From: a virus
Reading direction: 5' to 3' (one strand)
DNA length: 64,000 nt
Virus record (IMG/VR): IMGVR_UViG_3300045256_000294
Span: 64,001 to 128,000 of that record
Part shown: positions 1 through 9,480 of the stretch, piece by piece
Numbering within the stretch: position 1 is the stretch's first letter
How the letters are laid out: each line of letters starts with the position of its first letter
The notes under the pieces: generated by a model
Database searches by the model: none
The model's input: only the letters and a program-made list of their open reading frames with translations
Told to the model about the DNA's origin: nothing
Program-made: the position numbers and the translations under genes

Positions 1-1024
1 CAATATCGCCTTCAAGCTTCCATTTCCGCCGGACCTTAGCGGAATCATAAGAAACATCGTAACCGAGAGCACGCAGGCCAATTTTACCGACACTACCAGT
101 ATAGCCTTCGCGGCGGTGTGTGCATATCACCCCACGCTTCTTACTCCTAATAACCATCTGTTTCGCCGGGCGAAGCGAGGTGGTGACCCCTAGCCCAACC
201 GCCGCAAAAGCCTGAACCAGGTCCGTCAATAATTGAATTGAGACGGTGAAGAACGATTTACGACTCCGGCAACTATCACCATCAAAATAGCCACGCAGGA
301 GCACCAGCAACTGGCGCTGAGACAGACTAGACCAAAATGCGGGTAACCGCTTCTTGTGCGATCTATTACCCATAAGATCTGAGAAGAGGTATGAGAAGCC
401 AGAAGAACAAACCCTGGTACGTACCCCCCTCCCACTAATAGCAACGTGTCTGATCTGCGGATTAAAACCGAATCCAGAGAAAAATCCTTTGAGACGATTG
501 AAAAGATGTGGCTCGTTCTCATGATGACCGAAAGTGAGACGATACCCGTCCGATGCCCCCTCGGATAGATACATGCCCATGGTCCAAAGCAGATCATCAG
601 ATAATTCCAAATGATCTGGAATTGGATTAATTGTCTTGCCACCGACTGGGAACACCAAACCATTACGAATTGCGAGACGCGACCCTCGCAAATAGTCTGA
701 AGCACGAATTGTTCGCAAATCATCACTTGGCAAAATGATGCGGCTCACGGCGATCTCAGCATTTGGGTCAAGTTGCTGGATTTCTCTAAACCCAACTACC
801 CCATCGGCGTTGTGCCTAGATAAAAGTTTGTGATTACCAGTACACTGAATGGCCTTACTACCAAGATATCCATAAATGGCCTCACCGTCCCGAACCCGGC
901 GTTTCCCGACTTGTATGACTTGCCGGAGCCGACCGCGATGAGTCCACACTAAATCACCAGGTCTCAATTCACAAAGTTTCTTAGATCCGGCGGCAGTCTG
1001 AACCGGCACTTCCGAATTCCAACA
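1..1024 (-). mobile_element. Intein 2 in DnaE (partial, runs off the window)
   Basis: Starts CWNSEVPVQTAAGSKKL directly after LVLAND. Contains LAGLIDADG-like blocks WTMGMYLSEG and LRGYFDGDS. Confidence 0.88.
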
Positions 1025-3064
1025 ATCGTTCGCTAGAACCAGTGGGATCTTGTAGTTGTCGGCGAGCATAACCAGAGTGCGGAACACCCAAGCGTCGTCC
1101 TCTACGCCCGGCATTTGCAATTCCATGTAGTAGTCATCGCCAAAGACCGCCTTGAACTTCTTGACCCAGGTGACCGCCTCGTCCAACCGGGTCTTACGAT
1201 CACGTTCTAGGATCAAGTTACCATCCCGGTCCCGAAGTTCCTTATATCGCAATTCATGACATACCGGCCCGTTGAGGCACCCAGACAGGACGATAAGTCC
1301 TTCCTTGAACTCGCACAACTTATCAAACCAAATGCGGTTGAACTGCTTCTGACTGACGCCGAACAGCCCGGTGCCGTAAGCTTGGGTGGTCAATTTGACC
1401 AAATTCTCGAAGCCAGTCTTGTTCTTGCACAGCACCGTAAGGTGGCGGTTACGGATAATACGGGCTGCGAGTTCTGGGTTCTGCCGCCGCCACTCAGGAG
1501 AGCGGACTTTGTGACCACGCCTCTCCAGGTCTTGGCGGACCGGCTCGAAGTCGTTGAAGTAGATCTCACAGTTGTGGACAGCAACTCCTGTGTAATACGA
1601 ATTGTCGCCCTCAACTTCCATGTTGTACACTGTACCTGAGTAACGATCTTTCTCTACTGCATACACCGGGAGATAAATGTACTCATCGTCATAATCATAG
1701 TGAAAATGACCACTCTCACGCCTGCGAATTGTGTATGAGCCCTGGCGACCATCGACCCCGGGCAGTTTAGTCACTGCGGAGTGTTGCGGAACGTCTAGCT
1801 TCGTCATTAGCAACCTGGCTTGCCAGACGAGGGTCCTACTAGACAGTTTCAGGTAACTGCTTCGTTCACCACATTTGACATCCCCATCGTACAGACCATT
1901 AAGCAGTGCCTTGGTCTGTTCACGATTCAGACGATGTAACCACACATCTGGGATCTTCTTTTCGCTGAAACCGGAACCGAACAGGTGCACGAACAATCGG
2001 CCGAAGAAATCGGAATAGACCTGGACATCCATGACCTGCTGTCGCCGCGATTCACCGTCCCCGTCCCGCATACTAAATGATGTCTTGATGTCAAACTGAG
2101 CGAAATAAGCCGCGATTCGCTCATAGAAATGATATTCATCAGCGGCGAGAGAAAAGTGCGGACCACCATTGGGTGCCGATCCTGCGGCAAGCCAAAGACC
2201 CATAATCCACAGCAGCTCATCGTCCATGTCTAGGAACATAGGAAGGTTGACATCGACAGTGGTCCGGTAGCCCTCTTTGGTGTAAGTCGCCGATACGATC
2301 TGGGCACGCCCCGAGTCGATTAGCGGTTCCACAGACATATCTGACGGGAAGATTTTATCGACAAGATCGATATCTGTATATTCACCGACAGGGAGACGAG
2401 GCACACACAGATAAAATCTATGCCGCCGTTTGTTAGAACGATCCTGACTCCGATTGCTAGCATATGTTCGGCAATACTTCTCCCTGAATAATTCATCAGC
2501 ACGCCGAAACCCACAAGTAATAATATCTTCCCATACACCTTTCTTGACTTCGGCCCTGGTTACCTCACGGACCAGAAGCGGGTGCTCAGGCGTACAAACC
2601 TGATCTTCTACACCCCATGCCTTAATCCGTATAATGTCGCCATTGTACTGTCGAGTCTGCAGGTTCAGAACGCGACAAACACGGGCCCTATGGGTGAGCA
2701 CCATATCGTCCGGCTGGACATCTACGAAAGGCTTCACACCACTCGTGGTATAGATTGGTTGCAATGGTAAGAAACAGCCGGGGATGTACTTGACCTTCGC
2801 TTTCTTGAAGGCGAGGTACATGTCTGGGACACTGGCCATGTGCCCGTGTTCGGTCGCACTCATGGCGGGATAGCCACGCTTCTTACACTGCTCGGCGTAC
2901 TGCTCCGGGGTGGCCACTCCATCCAAGGTAGAGAAGACGGTGTGGTTGTGGAGGTGGACGAAGGTGCTGGAGCCGGTGTAGTCTTCCGGCTTATACTTCT
3001 CCTCAACCACCTTCGGCGTTGGGGCCGGTTGTTGGGGAGCGAGTTGTGGGTTAACCTCGACCAT
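1..3064 (-). CDS. dnaE: DNA polymerase III alpha subunit, N-terminal PHP region with two inteins; 3' end lies outside the window
   Basis: Hand translation from ATG 3064: MVEVNPQL...FVHLHNHTVFSTLDG...MSATEHGHM...KYIPG|CEIY...RHLTVLCKNKTGFENLVKL...GLIVLSGCLNG...YYMELQ...PLVLAND. These are the canonical DnaE PHP motifs. The frame is open to the window edge, so the ORF track omits it. Confidence 0.95.
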   Translation of the reverse strand, partial: MVEVNPQLAPQQPAPTPKVVEEKYKPEDYTGSSTFVHLHNHTVFSTLDGVATPEQYAEQCKKRGYPAMSATEHGHMASVPDMYLAFKKAKVKYIPGCFLPLQPIYTTSGVKPFVDVQPDDMVLTHRARVCRVLNLQTRQYNGDIIRIKAWGVEDQVCTPEHPLLVREVTRAEVKKGVWEDIITCGFRRADELFREKYCRTYASNRSQDRSNKRRHRFYLCVPRLPVGEYTDIDLVDKIFPSDMSVEPLIDSGRAQIVSATYTKEGYRTTVDVNLPMFLDMDDELLWIMGLWLAAGSAPNGGPHFSLAADEYHFYERIAAYFAQFDIKTSFSMRDGDGESRRQQVMDVQVYSDFFGRLFVHLFGSGFSEKKIPDVWLHRLNREQTKALLNGLYDGDVKCGERSSYLKLSSRTLVWQARLLMTKLDVPQHSAVTKLPGVDGRQGSYTIRRRESGHFHYDYDDEYIYLPVYAVEKDRYSGTVYNMEVEGDNSYYTGVAVHNCEIYFNDFEPVRQDLERRGHKVRSPEWRRQNPELAARIIRNRHLTVLCKNKTGFENLVKLTTQAYGTGLFGVSQKQFNRIWFDKLCEFKEGLIVLSGCLNGPVCHELRYKELRDRDGNLILERDRKTRLDEAVTWVKKFKAVFGDDYYMELQMPGVEDDAWVFRTLVMLADNYKIPLVLANDCWNSEVPVQTAAGSKKLCELRPGDLVWTHRGRLRQVIQVGKRRVRDGEAIYGYLGSKAIQCTGNHKLLSRHNADGVVGFREIQQLDPNAEIAVSRIILPSDDLRTIRASDYLRGSRLAIRNGLVFPVGGKTINPIPDHLELSDDLLWTMGMYLSEGASDGYRLTFGHHENEPHLFNRLKGFFSGFGFNPQIRHVAISGRGVRTRVCSSGFSYLFSDLMGNRSHKKRLPAFWSSLSQRQLLVLLRGYFDGDSCRSRKSFFTVSIQLLTDLVQAFAAVGLGVTTSLRPAKQMVIRSKKRGVICTHRREGYTGSVGKIGLRALGYDVSYDSAKVRRKWKLEGDI
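1571..2776 (-). mobile_element. Intein 1 in DnaE (402 aa, LAGLIDADG homing endonuclease type)
   Basis: Starts CFLPLQPIYT and ends VYNMEVEGDNSYYTGVAVHN, followed by Cys (CEIY). Removing it restores the PHP motif IPGCEIY. Confidence 0.93.
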
Positions 3065-3761
3065 TGAGAATTTCTAGTCGCTGTTGGACATGTTCTGGTA
3101 CGCCCCGGTAGGCGGCGATCCCTCTATCCAGCACCACAGCCAATACAGCCTTGCACAATTCCGCGTCCAGATCATCGGTCTGAGGGAGCACAGGTTCCTG
3201 TGGTTCGCGGCCTAGCCGCTTGATGAACCTTTCGAACACGACGACAAGGCCCGGTCGATGTTTGGTAGCGAATTTCCACAGACGACACAGGTAGTTGTGA
3301 AAGCCATCATCGCCCAATTTAGCCCGAAGCTCATCGAACTTCTCGCGGACTTTAGCCGCCCAGACCGTCTCCAACTTCACAGGGTCTAGAGCTTCTATCC
3401 AGTAGTGCCGCCCATACTCACCCATCCGCTCCATCACCGCTTGCTTAGTAACCATGGCGGTGCGGAGTGCTACCGCCCTGAGATCGCCTGCTGAATAAGA
3501 CTTGGACAGACCAAGCTTAAATGCCGCTACAATATCCTTGAAGGACTGCAGGCTATAGCGTTGATGTGTCTTAGCCTGGAACCATGAATCCAGATTTGGT
3601 ATGAGTTGGGGCTTGAGGTCGCTGTCGAGGATACGAGGCACCGGCTCTAACTGCATGAACCAGAGGTCGAAATCGATGTTAAAGGCTACAAAGTTCCCCT
3701 CAACAGAATGCAACACTAGTTCCACCATGGTACTCTTATCAGGCAGAAGCCGTAGGACCAA
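3051..3761 (-). CDS. hypothetical protein
   Basis: 236-aa ORF whose stop overlaps the dnaE start region. Confidence 0.7.
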   Translation of the reverse strand: MVLRLLPDKSTMVELVLHSVEGNFVAFNIDFDLWFMQLEPVPRILDSDLKPQLIPNLDSWFQAKTHQRYSLQSFKDIVAAFKLGLSKSYSAGDLRAVALRTAMVTKQAVMERMGEYGRHYWIEALDPVKLETVWAAKVREKFDELRAKLGDDGFHNYLCRLWKFATKHRPGLVVVFERFIKRLGREPQEPVLPQTDDLDAELCKAVLAVVLDRGIAAYRGVPEHVQQRLEILNGRG

Positions 3762-4065
3762 GGCTCTGAGCGGCTAGGGGTTCATGGGTATATCTGGCAG
3801 TCCCGAAGACGAGCACGAAGCGGTAGGGAGCCTTTTTGGAATCCGGAGCCAGGGCTACATGGACATGATCGAGAGTCCAAGATTCATCTCCATACACCAC
3901 CATCACCTGTGGATGGTGGCCGCAGGAATCGAAAGGGTCAAGATCGGCGACCGCTTCCATGCTGCTCCAGACCGCCTTACCAGGGACAGGTCTCATTACC
4001 CCGTCAATCTCCTGCTCGGCGACGGTCAACGACGGCCGGACCACCTCATTTGCTATAACGTGCAC
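3739..4065 (-). CDS. hypothetical protein
   Basis: 108-aa ORF packed in the minus-strand gene run. Confidence 0.55.
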   Translation of the reverse strand: MHVIANEVVRPSLTVAEQEIDGVMRPVPGKAVWSSMEAVADLDPFDSCGHHPQVMVVYGDESWTLDHVHVALAPDSKKAPYRFVLVFGTARYTHEPLAAQSLGPTASA

Positions 4066-4069
4066 GTTC

Positions 4070-4477
4070 CTACTCCAGGAGTTTCTTGCCGTAGCGGGTA
4101 ACGATACCCTTCGTCTTATTTAGTGTCTTGGGGTCAAGAACCGTCGGAGTGATCATTAACGGAACATAGGGGTAGTAGAAATAGCCACCATCGAAGAAAC
4201 TGCTACCTTTATAGCCCACCGCGTCGAGCTTCTTACAGATGGCGAAACGGTCTTTGAAATAACAAACCCATTCATTTTTACCGATCTCGGCGAGGACGAT
4301 AAAGAAGTCCAAAACGTCCGGATCTTCAATATAGTCATCAACGGTGACGATCGGGTGCCTAAATAGTGTGTTCTCTTCTTCTGGGGCAGCCCGTTCTGAG
4401 ACGTAGCGGAAGATCGCATGAGGTTCTTCAACCTCATACGGCTCACTATAATCGATGACTTGATACTCGTATTGCAT
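4070..4477 (-). CDS. small protein ending in a gp23 major-capsid C-terminal-like segment
   Basis: C-terminus VGYKGSSFFDGGYFYYPYVPLMITPTVLDPKTLNKTKGIVTRYGKKLL matches the T4-like gp23 C-terminal pattern GYKG...G.FY.PYVPL...DP..F.P..G..TRYG. Confidence 0.8.
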   Translation of the reverse strand: MQYEYQVIDYSEPYEVEEPHAIFRYVSERAAPEEENTLFRHPIVTVDDYIEDPDVLDFFIVLAEIGKNEWVCYFKDRFAICKKLDAVGYKGSSFFDGGYFYYPYVPLMITPTVLDPKTLNKTKGIVTRYGKKLLE

Positions 4478-5001
4478 CAGAGTTGGGGATAGCGTTTCTT
4501 AACCAGTGGCATCGCGAACTTCCCGAACTTACGCATCACCGGCACGGCAACCACGAACTGCTCTCGGAAAAAGCAGATCCACTGGTTATCTTCGGTCCTC
4601 TTAAGTAGGACAAAAAAGTCACTAACATTAGGATCTTCAATATAGCCATCAACAAGGATCTCCTTACCGTGAGCCCTAGTCTTGATGACCCGATGAATAG
4701 CATGCGGTTCTTCGACCTCGCAATCCAGAATGCGGTATGATGATGGCGAACATCGACGACAACGGGAACATCCACTTCTCCGACGGCTTCATCGTCCCTG
4801 TCGATAAGATCCCGCGGAGCGACAACCGGATATACTGATGGTTCCCCCATTCGGCAAAATAGTCGAAGCATTTCGACAGACGTGGTACGAGATCTTGGGG
4901 CCAGCCCAGCCCGTCGGAAGATACGACGGCAGATCTGATACAGCGAGGGCCAGACTCTTGGTCCGGCCCCTGAAAAGACGCTTGATGAATTCTGGGATCA
5001 T
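4477..5001 (-). pseudogene. paralog of 4070-4477, interrupted by an in-frame TGA at 4789-4791 (or compensating frameshifts)
   Basis: Hand translation of about 4740 to 4477: SYRILDCEVEEPHAIHRVIKTRAHGKEILVDGYIEDPNVSDFFVLLKRTEDNQWICFFREQFVVAVPVMRKFGKFAMPLVKKRYPQL*. Its TGA overlaps the next ATG (TGATG). Same frame as ORF 4789-5001. Confidence 0.65.
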
Positions 5002-6086
5002 TAGAACATCTCAGCGGCCTTGAGCAACCCGTCAGCAACACAGTAGAGAGGCTGGTTCGACCGCTTGACCTCCCCCACACTGAACGGCAGGTCCGTCTCT
5101 TCGAGCTTCTTGATGACCCGTTGAGCGAAACCGCGGGGCGATGAGGTACCACCGGCCATGAAAATGTTCACGCCCTCTTCGATACGAGCCTCCGCCTCGT
5201 GTTCCTGGAACCCGGTGACGATCCCCTCAATCACCTTGCTGATGAGCACGTCGTAGTGCAGAACGATGTCCATACCCAGACGATCTTCCGGCTCCTTACC
5301 GGGGGTCAGATCAACCTCCATCTTGCGGCGGGAGACGGTTGTGGGCGTCTCCTTAGCCACCTTCTTGCGAGTCTTAGACAGTTCAGGATCATAACCGTGC
5401 CGCATAGCGACCTGAGTGTCAATCCAGTCGCCGGCCCCGACCCAACAGAAGGAGTAAACCTCCATGCCGTACTTGACGTAAGAGACGGTGACAGTACCAG
5501 CACCCCAAGAAATCCCGATACCAGTAGCGTCCTGACTCATATCCAGGACGATGGCATGCGATTCCTTGATGTTGTTGACTGTCTTCTTGGCCTTCGTCTC
5601 GTAGTTCTCAAGGATCATATTGACCACCCGCTGGTGGTAGTCAATGTTAGAGTCCTTGTTGATAGCCGGGGCGGTGGTGCAGTAACAGATCTTCACTTCC
5701 TCATCAAACTTGCCGAGATCATTCTCGGCCATATTGATGAGTCCGTGAATAATCGAGGATAGGACGGTCATCGCCTCCTCGTCTGGGCTGATACCGCCCT
5801 CGGCCATAGGCCGCAGGAGGGTGTCATTCTTGGCGTAGGCGAACTCCTCGGCGTCCCGGCCCAGGACGATGATACGGTTGTTCTCCAACTTGATCCAACG
5901 GGCTGGGCGTTCGGTGCCGTCGGACCGCTTCTTCTTGGGGTCGTTGAGCATGTTCTCCACAAACGGCGTAGCCCGCTCGAACGGCCAGTAACCGTTGATC
6001 TCGGAGATGAACCTGCTCTTGCCATCGTCACCCTTGAACGAGACGACGATGGTCTTGGTGCCGACGTCGAGGCCGAGATGTTTCAT
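5001..6086 (-). CDS. actin-like ATPase (MreB/ParM/FtsA superfamily)
   Basis: Likely start MKHLGLDVGTKT (phosphate-1 motif), then GISWGAGTV (phosphate-2), MAGGTSSPRGF (adenosine motif) and C-terminal VADGLLKAA. Confidence 0.85.
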   Translation of the reverse strand: MKHLGLDVGTKTIVVSFKGDDGKSRFISEINGYWPFERATPFVENMLNDPKKKRSDGTERPARWIKLENNRIIVLGRDAEEFAYAKNDTLLRPMAEGGISPDEEAMTVLSSIIHGLINMAENDLGKFDEEVKICYCTTAPAINKDSNIDYHQRVVNMILENYETKAKKTVNNIKESHAIVLDMSQDATGIGISWGAGTVTVSYVKYGMEVYSFCWVGAGDWIDTQVAMRHGYDPELSKTRKKVAKETPTTVSRRKMEVDLTPGKEPEDRLGMDIVLHYDVLISKVIEGIVTGFQEHEAEARIEEGVNIFMAGGTSSPRGFAQRVIKKLEETDLPFSVGEVKRSNQPLYCVADGLLKAAEMF

Positions 6087-6222
6087 GATGACTCTGATCC
6101 CTGTGTAGTCGTCGCCTAGCCTATATACCGTTGGGTGGTGCTCCTCCGCCGAAGAAGGGACGTCTGACAACCTTTCTAATCCCTGGGGCTGGGGGTCTAG
6201 GTGTGAGACGCCACTTTGGTCA

Positions 6223-6627
6223 TCAGACCTTACCGGGCGAGCAGGTTGAGGGTACGGTATCACCCTTTTCGTCGTCACCACCTTCTGGATCACTTGGTGG
6301 CTCTGGTTGTTTGTTTCCGTTACCTGGACCACCGAATCCGGCAGGCTTCGGGGCTCGCTTGAGAATGAGTTCCGGTGAGACGTCCGGGACACTGCTGGCT
6401 GTAGGGCGACGGATCTCTTGAGCCGCTTGGCTGACTTGGCCAGATGTGCCCTGAGTTGGGCTAGATGGCCAAAAGACGGGGGCGGGCTCCTTTCGTTGGC
6501 CATATAACTCTACCCATCTCTCTAATATCAACACCACTCTGTATCCTAAGTACAGCCAACCAAGACCCAGAACCCCCAGCAGGATGTGCCATAGCGGGTC
6601 GATCGTCAGCAGGATGGTGGAGGTCAT
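6223..6627 (-). CDS. N-terminally membrane-anchored, Pro-rich small protein
   Basis: Hydrophobic stretch LWHILLGVLGLGWLYLGYRVVLIL followed by a low-complexity tail. Its start overlaps the stop of the upstream gene. Confidence 0.6.
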   Translation of the reverse strand: MTSTILLTIDPLWHILLGVLGLGWLYLGYRVVLILERWVELYGQRKEPAPVFWPSSPTQGTSGQVSQAAQEIRRPTASSVPDVSPELILKRAPKPAGFGGPGNGNKQPEPPSDPEGGDDEKGDTVPSTCSPGKV

Positions 6628-8039
6628 GCGTGGCTCACCCTGAGTAAGGGAATACCAGCGGCGTGAGCCAACCGACCAAGTTGGTCCAGCCCGAACTCGT
6701 AGAAAGCGAACCGCCGCCGGGTGCTATCAGTATCAGGCCAGAGCCGCCCATCGTCGTAATGGTCTATCTTCGACGTATGGCTCTTACCACCGATGATCTT
6801 ATTATCGAACCCGAAGACCGTCACCGACGCCGGCTCCAAAAACAGAGCGAAGTGGATCGCCGCCAGAGCCAGCGAGTCGAAATTCGCCAGCGGCGGGTCC
6901 AAAGAAGACGACCCCGCCCCGCTCTGACCAAGCTCGAACTGCTGGGCCGTAGGCACCACCTCCGAAGCGGCCACGAACTTCCCGGCCGTCCGGTCCTGTA
7001 GGGCCACCGGCACCACAAACCGGTTGTCCTGGTACTTCCCCCGGAGTTCCGCCAGGACGTGAACAGCGTCCGTGAACACGAAATCGCAGTCGAACATCTT
7101 CGCCACATAATCGACGCCGATCACCACGTCATGACGAAGAATCATCGCTGGATTGATGACGTCCAGGGACGGCCCCGGAGCCACCACCGCCACACTCTTG
7201 CCCTTCGCCGACGCCTTCAGATCATAGATCCCGAATAGTTCCGGCTGCTTCATGCCCAGGAACCACTCGAACGGCCGCTTCTGCTTCTCGGCCAGCCGAG
7301 TCAGATTGGAGAGACGGCCCACGTTCAGGGCCTCAGGCTTCAGACCGCGGGCGGCATAGAAATAGCCGGCCTTCCCAGGGAACCACGCCTCGGCGATACG
7401 GGCGAGATTGCTCAAGGTCTGTTGGCCGTAATCGATCTCCAAGGCGACCGAGATGGTCGAGTCGTCGCAGACCCGGCACGACCCGCCCAGCAGCCACGAC
7501 CGCAACGAAATCTCGATGTCCTCGCCGGAGCCTAGTTGCATCCCCTGGTCGAAACCGCCCAGGTAGTTGAACCAGTCCTTGGCGACAGCGATACAGTAGG
7601 AGGAGACGGCCGGGGATTCGTCGCGGCCCGTGTAGGTGCGGTCGTAGAGGTTCAGATCCCACCGCCAACCGAACCGCCGCCACCTCGACGCCTCGGTCAT
7701 CCACAGACCCAAGTCCAGGGTGTGGACCACCGGGCTCACCAGCGACTGTGGCTCCTCCTGAAGGGCCTTCAACAACGGGAGCGTCCAGTCGTCGGAGACC
7801 TTGGTCTTGTCTTTGAGGAAGATGAGGGTCTTGCCTGTGGCCTGTTCGGCAGCGGCGTTCCACGCTTTAGCCCGGCCCACTTTGTCGGTGGTGAGAACGC
7901 GAACGCCGGTCCTGGTATAACCCAGGCCGGCGTCGTCACAAACGATTATTTCGTCGATGCTAGGGGTCCTGTCCAGGAGACCGTCGATGGTTTTGTCCAG
8001 GTACTTCAGATCGGTGGCGTAGATGATGGCGGTGATCAT
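6624..8039 (-). CDS. GT-A (GT2/ppGalNAc-T-like) glycosyltransferase fused to a DUF115/MAF-like domain
   Basis: Likely start MITAIIY. Motifs EIIVCDD, GRAKAWNAAA, LGGFDQGM..GSGEDIEISLRSWLLGG, and C-terminal KGKSVAVVAPGPSL...VIGVD...VFGFD. Confidence 0.8.
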   Translation of the reverse strand: MITAIIYATDLKYLDKTIDGLLDRTPSIDEIIVCDDAGLGYTRTGVRVLTTDKVGRAKAWNAAAEQATGKTLIFLKDKTKVSDDWTLPLLKALQEEPQSLVSPVVHTLDLGLWMTEASRWRRFGWRWDLNLYDRTYTGRDESPAVSSYCIAVAKDWFNYLGGFDQGMQLGSGEDIEISLRSWLLGGSCRVCDDSTISVALEIDYGQQTLSNLARIAEAWFPGKAGYFYAARGLKPEALNVGRLSNLTRLAEKQKRPFEWFLGMKQPELFGIYDLKASAKGKSVAVVAPGPSLDVINPAMILRHDVVIGVDYVAKMFDCDFVFTDAVHVLAELRGKYQDNRFVVPVALQDRTAGKFVAASEVVPTAQQFELGQSGAGSSSLDPPLANFDSLALAAIHFALFLEPASVTVFGFDNKIIGGKSHTSKIDHYDDGRLWPDTDSTRRRFAFYEFGLDQLGRLAHAAGIPLLRVSHA

Positions 8040-8046
8040 GCCATAG

Positions 8047-9474
8047 TTACGCCCGCACCTTCTTGTAGAGGCGGAAGGTCTTGTAGTCTTGGACAAGTTC
8101 GCACTTCTCCTCCACCATCTGCACCGCCTGCCGGGTCGTCTTCCAGTTAGTGTCGTCGAACCAGACGTGGCCACCCACCTTCACCCGCGACAGGTACATG
8201 TGGACGTCACGGCTGCTCACGGCCTCGGAGTGATTCCCGTCGATATGCAGAACGTCGATCGACTCGAAGGAGAAGGTTTCGACCACCGTCTCGGACGGGG
8301 CAGCGATCACCCGGCAATGATGCCACAGGCCCATGGCGGTGACCGCCGTCATGAACTTGCAGTAGTGGCCGCTAAGGTCAACCGTCTTCCACCACTTCTC
8401 GTCATCACAACCACCTTCCAGGGCAGCCTGAACTGTCCATGGATCGATGCCGTAGATGACGCCCTTGCCGTTATGTTTGAGGGCCAGGGCCTGGGGGACG
8501 TAAGACCGCCCACCAAACACCCCGATCTCCACCACCAATTGAGGCTTGACACGGAGGACCAGTGCGGCCATGGCTTCGGCTTTGTCCGGCGGGCACCAGC
8601 CCTCAAGAGTGTAGGTGAAGTGGAGCTGGGCGGCGAGGTCCGGCGGGAGCTGGTAGTAGCCGACACCGCCGGCCCCCTCGATACACTTGAGGGCTCGCTG
8701 GCGGTCGTGGATGACCGGCGAGTCCATCCCGTAGCGGCACTGGTCTGGGTCCATCTTGAACGGCAGTAGCCGGGTCGGGTAGTGCTTGAGGAGCACGTAG
8801 CAGAAGGCGAACATGTCAATCATGATGGGGTATGGCGGCGGGTAGTCCTTCCAGTAGTCGTGGATGGCCACCATGTGCTCACACATCCTATCGAGAACGG
8901 TCATGGCGGTGAGCCGGCTCGCTCCCCACACCCCACAATTGAGGGGGAAGGTTTCGCCGTGCTCGTCGATGATGAACTGCTTGTACTCTGGCGGCAGATA
9001 GGCGAGCTGGTGCCCGAACCAGGGGTTGTCGTTGTACTTGACCCACTCCTCGCCGACCAGCACCGCGTCCTCCGGTGGATGTAGCTGGGTCCACCACGCG
9101 AACGGGTCTACGGCGAAGGCGACGTCGGAAATGTCGATGAACCAGCACCGCTGGATGTTGCTGTGGAGGGTGAGGTAGTTGCGGAACGCGAAGAACCTCC
9201 CCTCATAGTTATTAGCGGTAGGTTGTACCGGCACTTTCTCGAACTTGAGGAATTCGGTCTGGAGTTTGTTGACCAGCTCGTCGGAGAGACAGTCGTGGAG
9301 GATGACGCCCCTCAGACCGATGTGCTTGTGGATGGTGCCGACGAAGGGGCGGATATACTCCGCTTGCTGATCGATGGTGAGGGCTTCGGTGTGGGCGGTG
9401 CCGCCGATTTTCTTGTGGGCCGAGTTCCAGGGGTCCTTACCACCAGAAATAACGGCCCCGAATACGACGTCCAT
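8047..9474 (-). CDS. glycosyltransferase-like N-terminal domain fused to a class I SAM methyltransferase (Methyltransf_24-like)
   Basis: FIDISDV and LNCGVWG in the N-half. VVEIGVFGGRS, YGIDPW, IDVLHIDGNHS and GGHVWFDD in the C-half. Confidence 0.8.
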   Translation of the reverse strand: MDVVFGAVISGGKDPWNSAHKKIGGTAHTEALTIDQQAEYIRPFVGTIHKHIGLRGVILHDCLSDELVNKLQTEFLKFEKVPVQPTANNYEGRFFAFRNYLTLHSNIQRCWFIDISDVAFAVDPFAWWTQLHPPEDAVLVGEEWVKYNDNPWFGHQLAYLPPEYKQFIIDEHGETFPLNCGVWGASRLTAMTVLDRMCEHMVAIHDYWKDYPPPYPIMIDMFAFCYVLLKHYPTRLLPFKMDPDQCRYGMDSPVIHDRQRALKCIEGAGGVGYYQLPPDLAAQLHFTYTLEGWCPPDKAEAMAALVLRVKPQLVVEIGVFGGRSYVPQALALKHNGKGVIYGIDPWTVQAALEGGCDDEKWWKTVDLSGHYCKFMTAVTAMGLWHHCRVIAAPSETVVETFSFESIDVLHIDGNHSEAVSSRDVHMYLSRVKVGGHVWFDDTNWKTTRQAVQMVEEKCELVQDYKTFRLYKKVRA

Positions 9475-9480
9475 GGAAGA

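Noticed and set aside
4070-4477. The true major capsid protein gene
   Set aside because: Only about 50 aa are capsid-like. The rest is an unrelated domain and the ORF is far too short.
6087-6503. N-terminal 139-aa extension of the actin-like ORF
   Set aside because: It overlaps the 6223-6627 gene in another frame, and the actin fold begins at MKHLGLDVG (6086).
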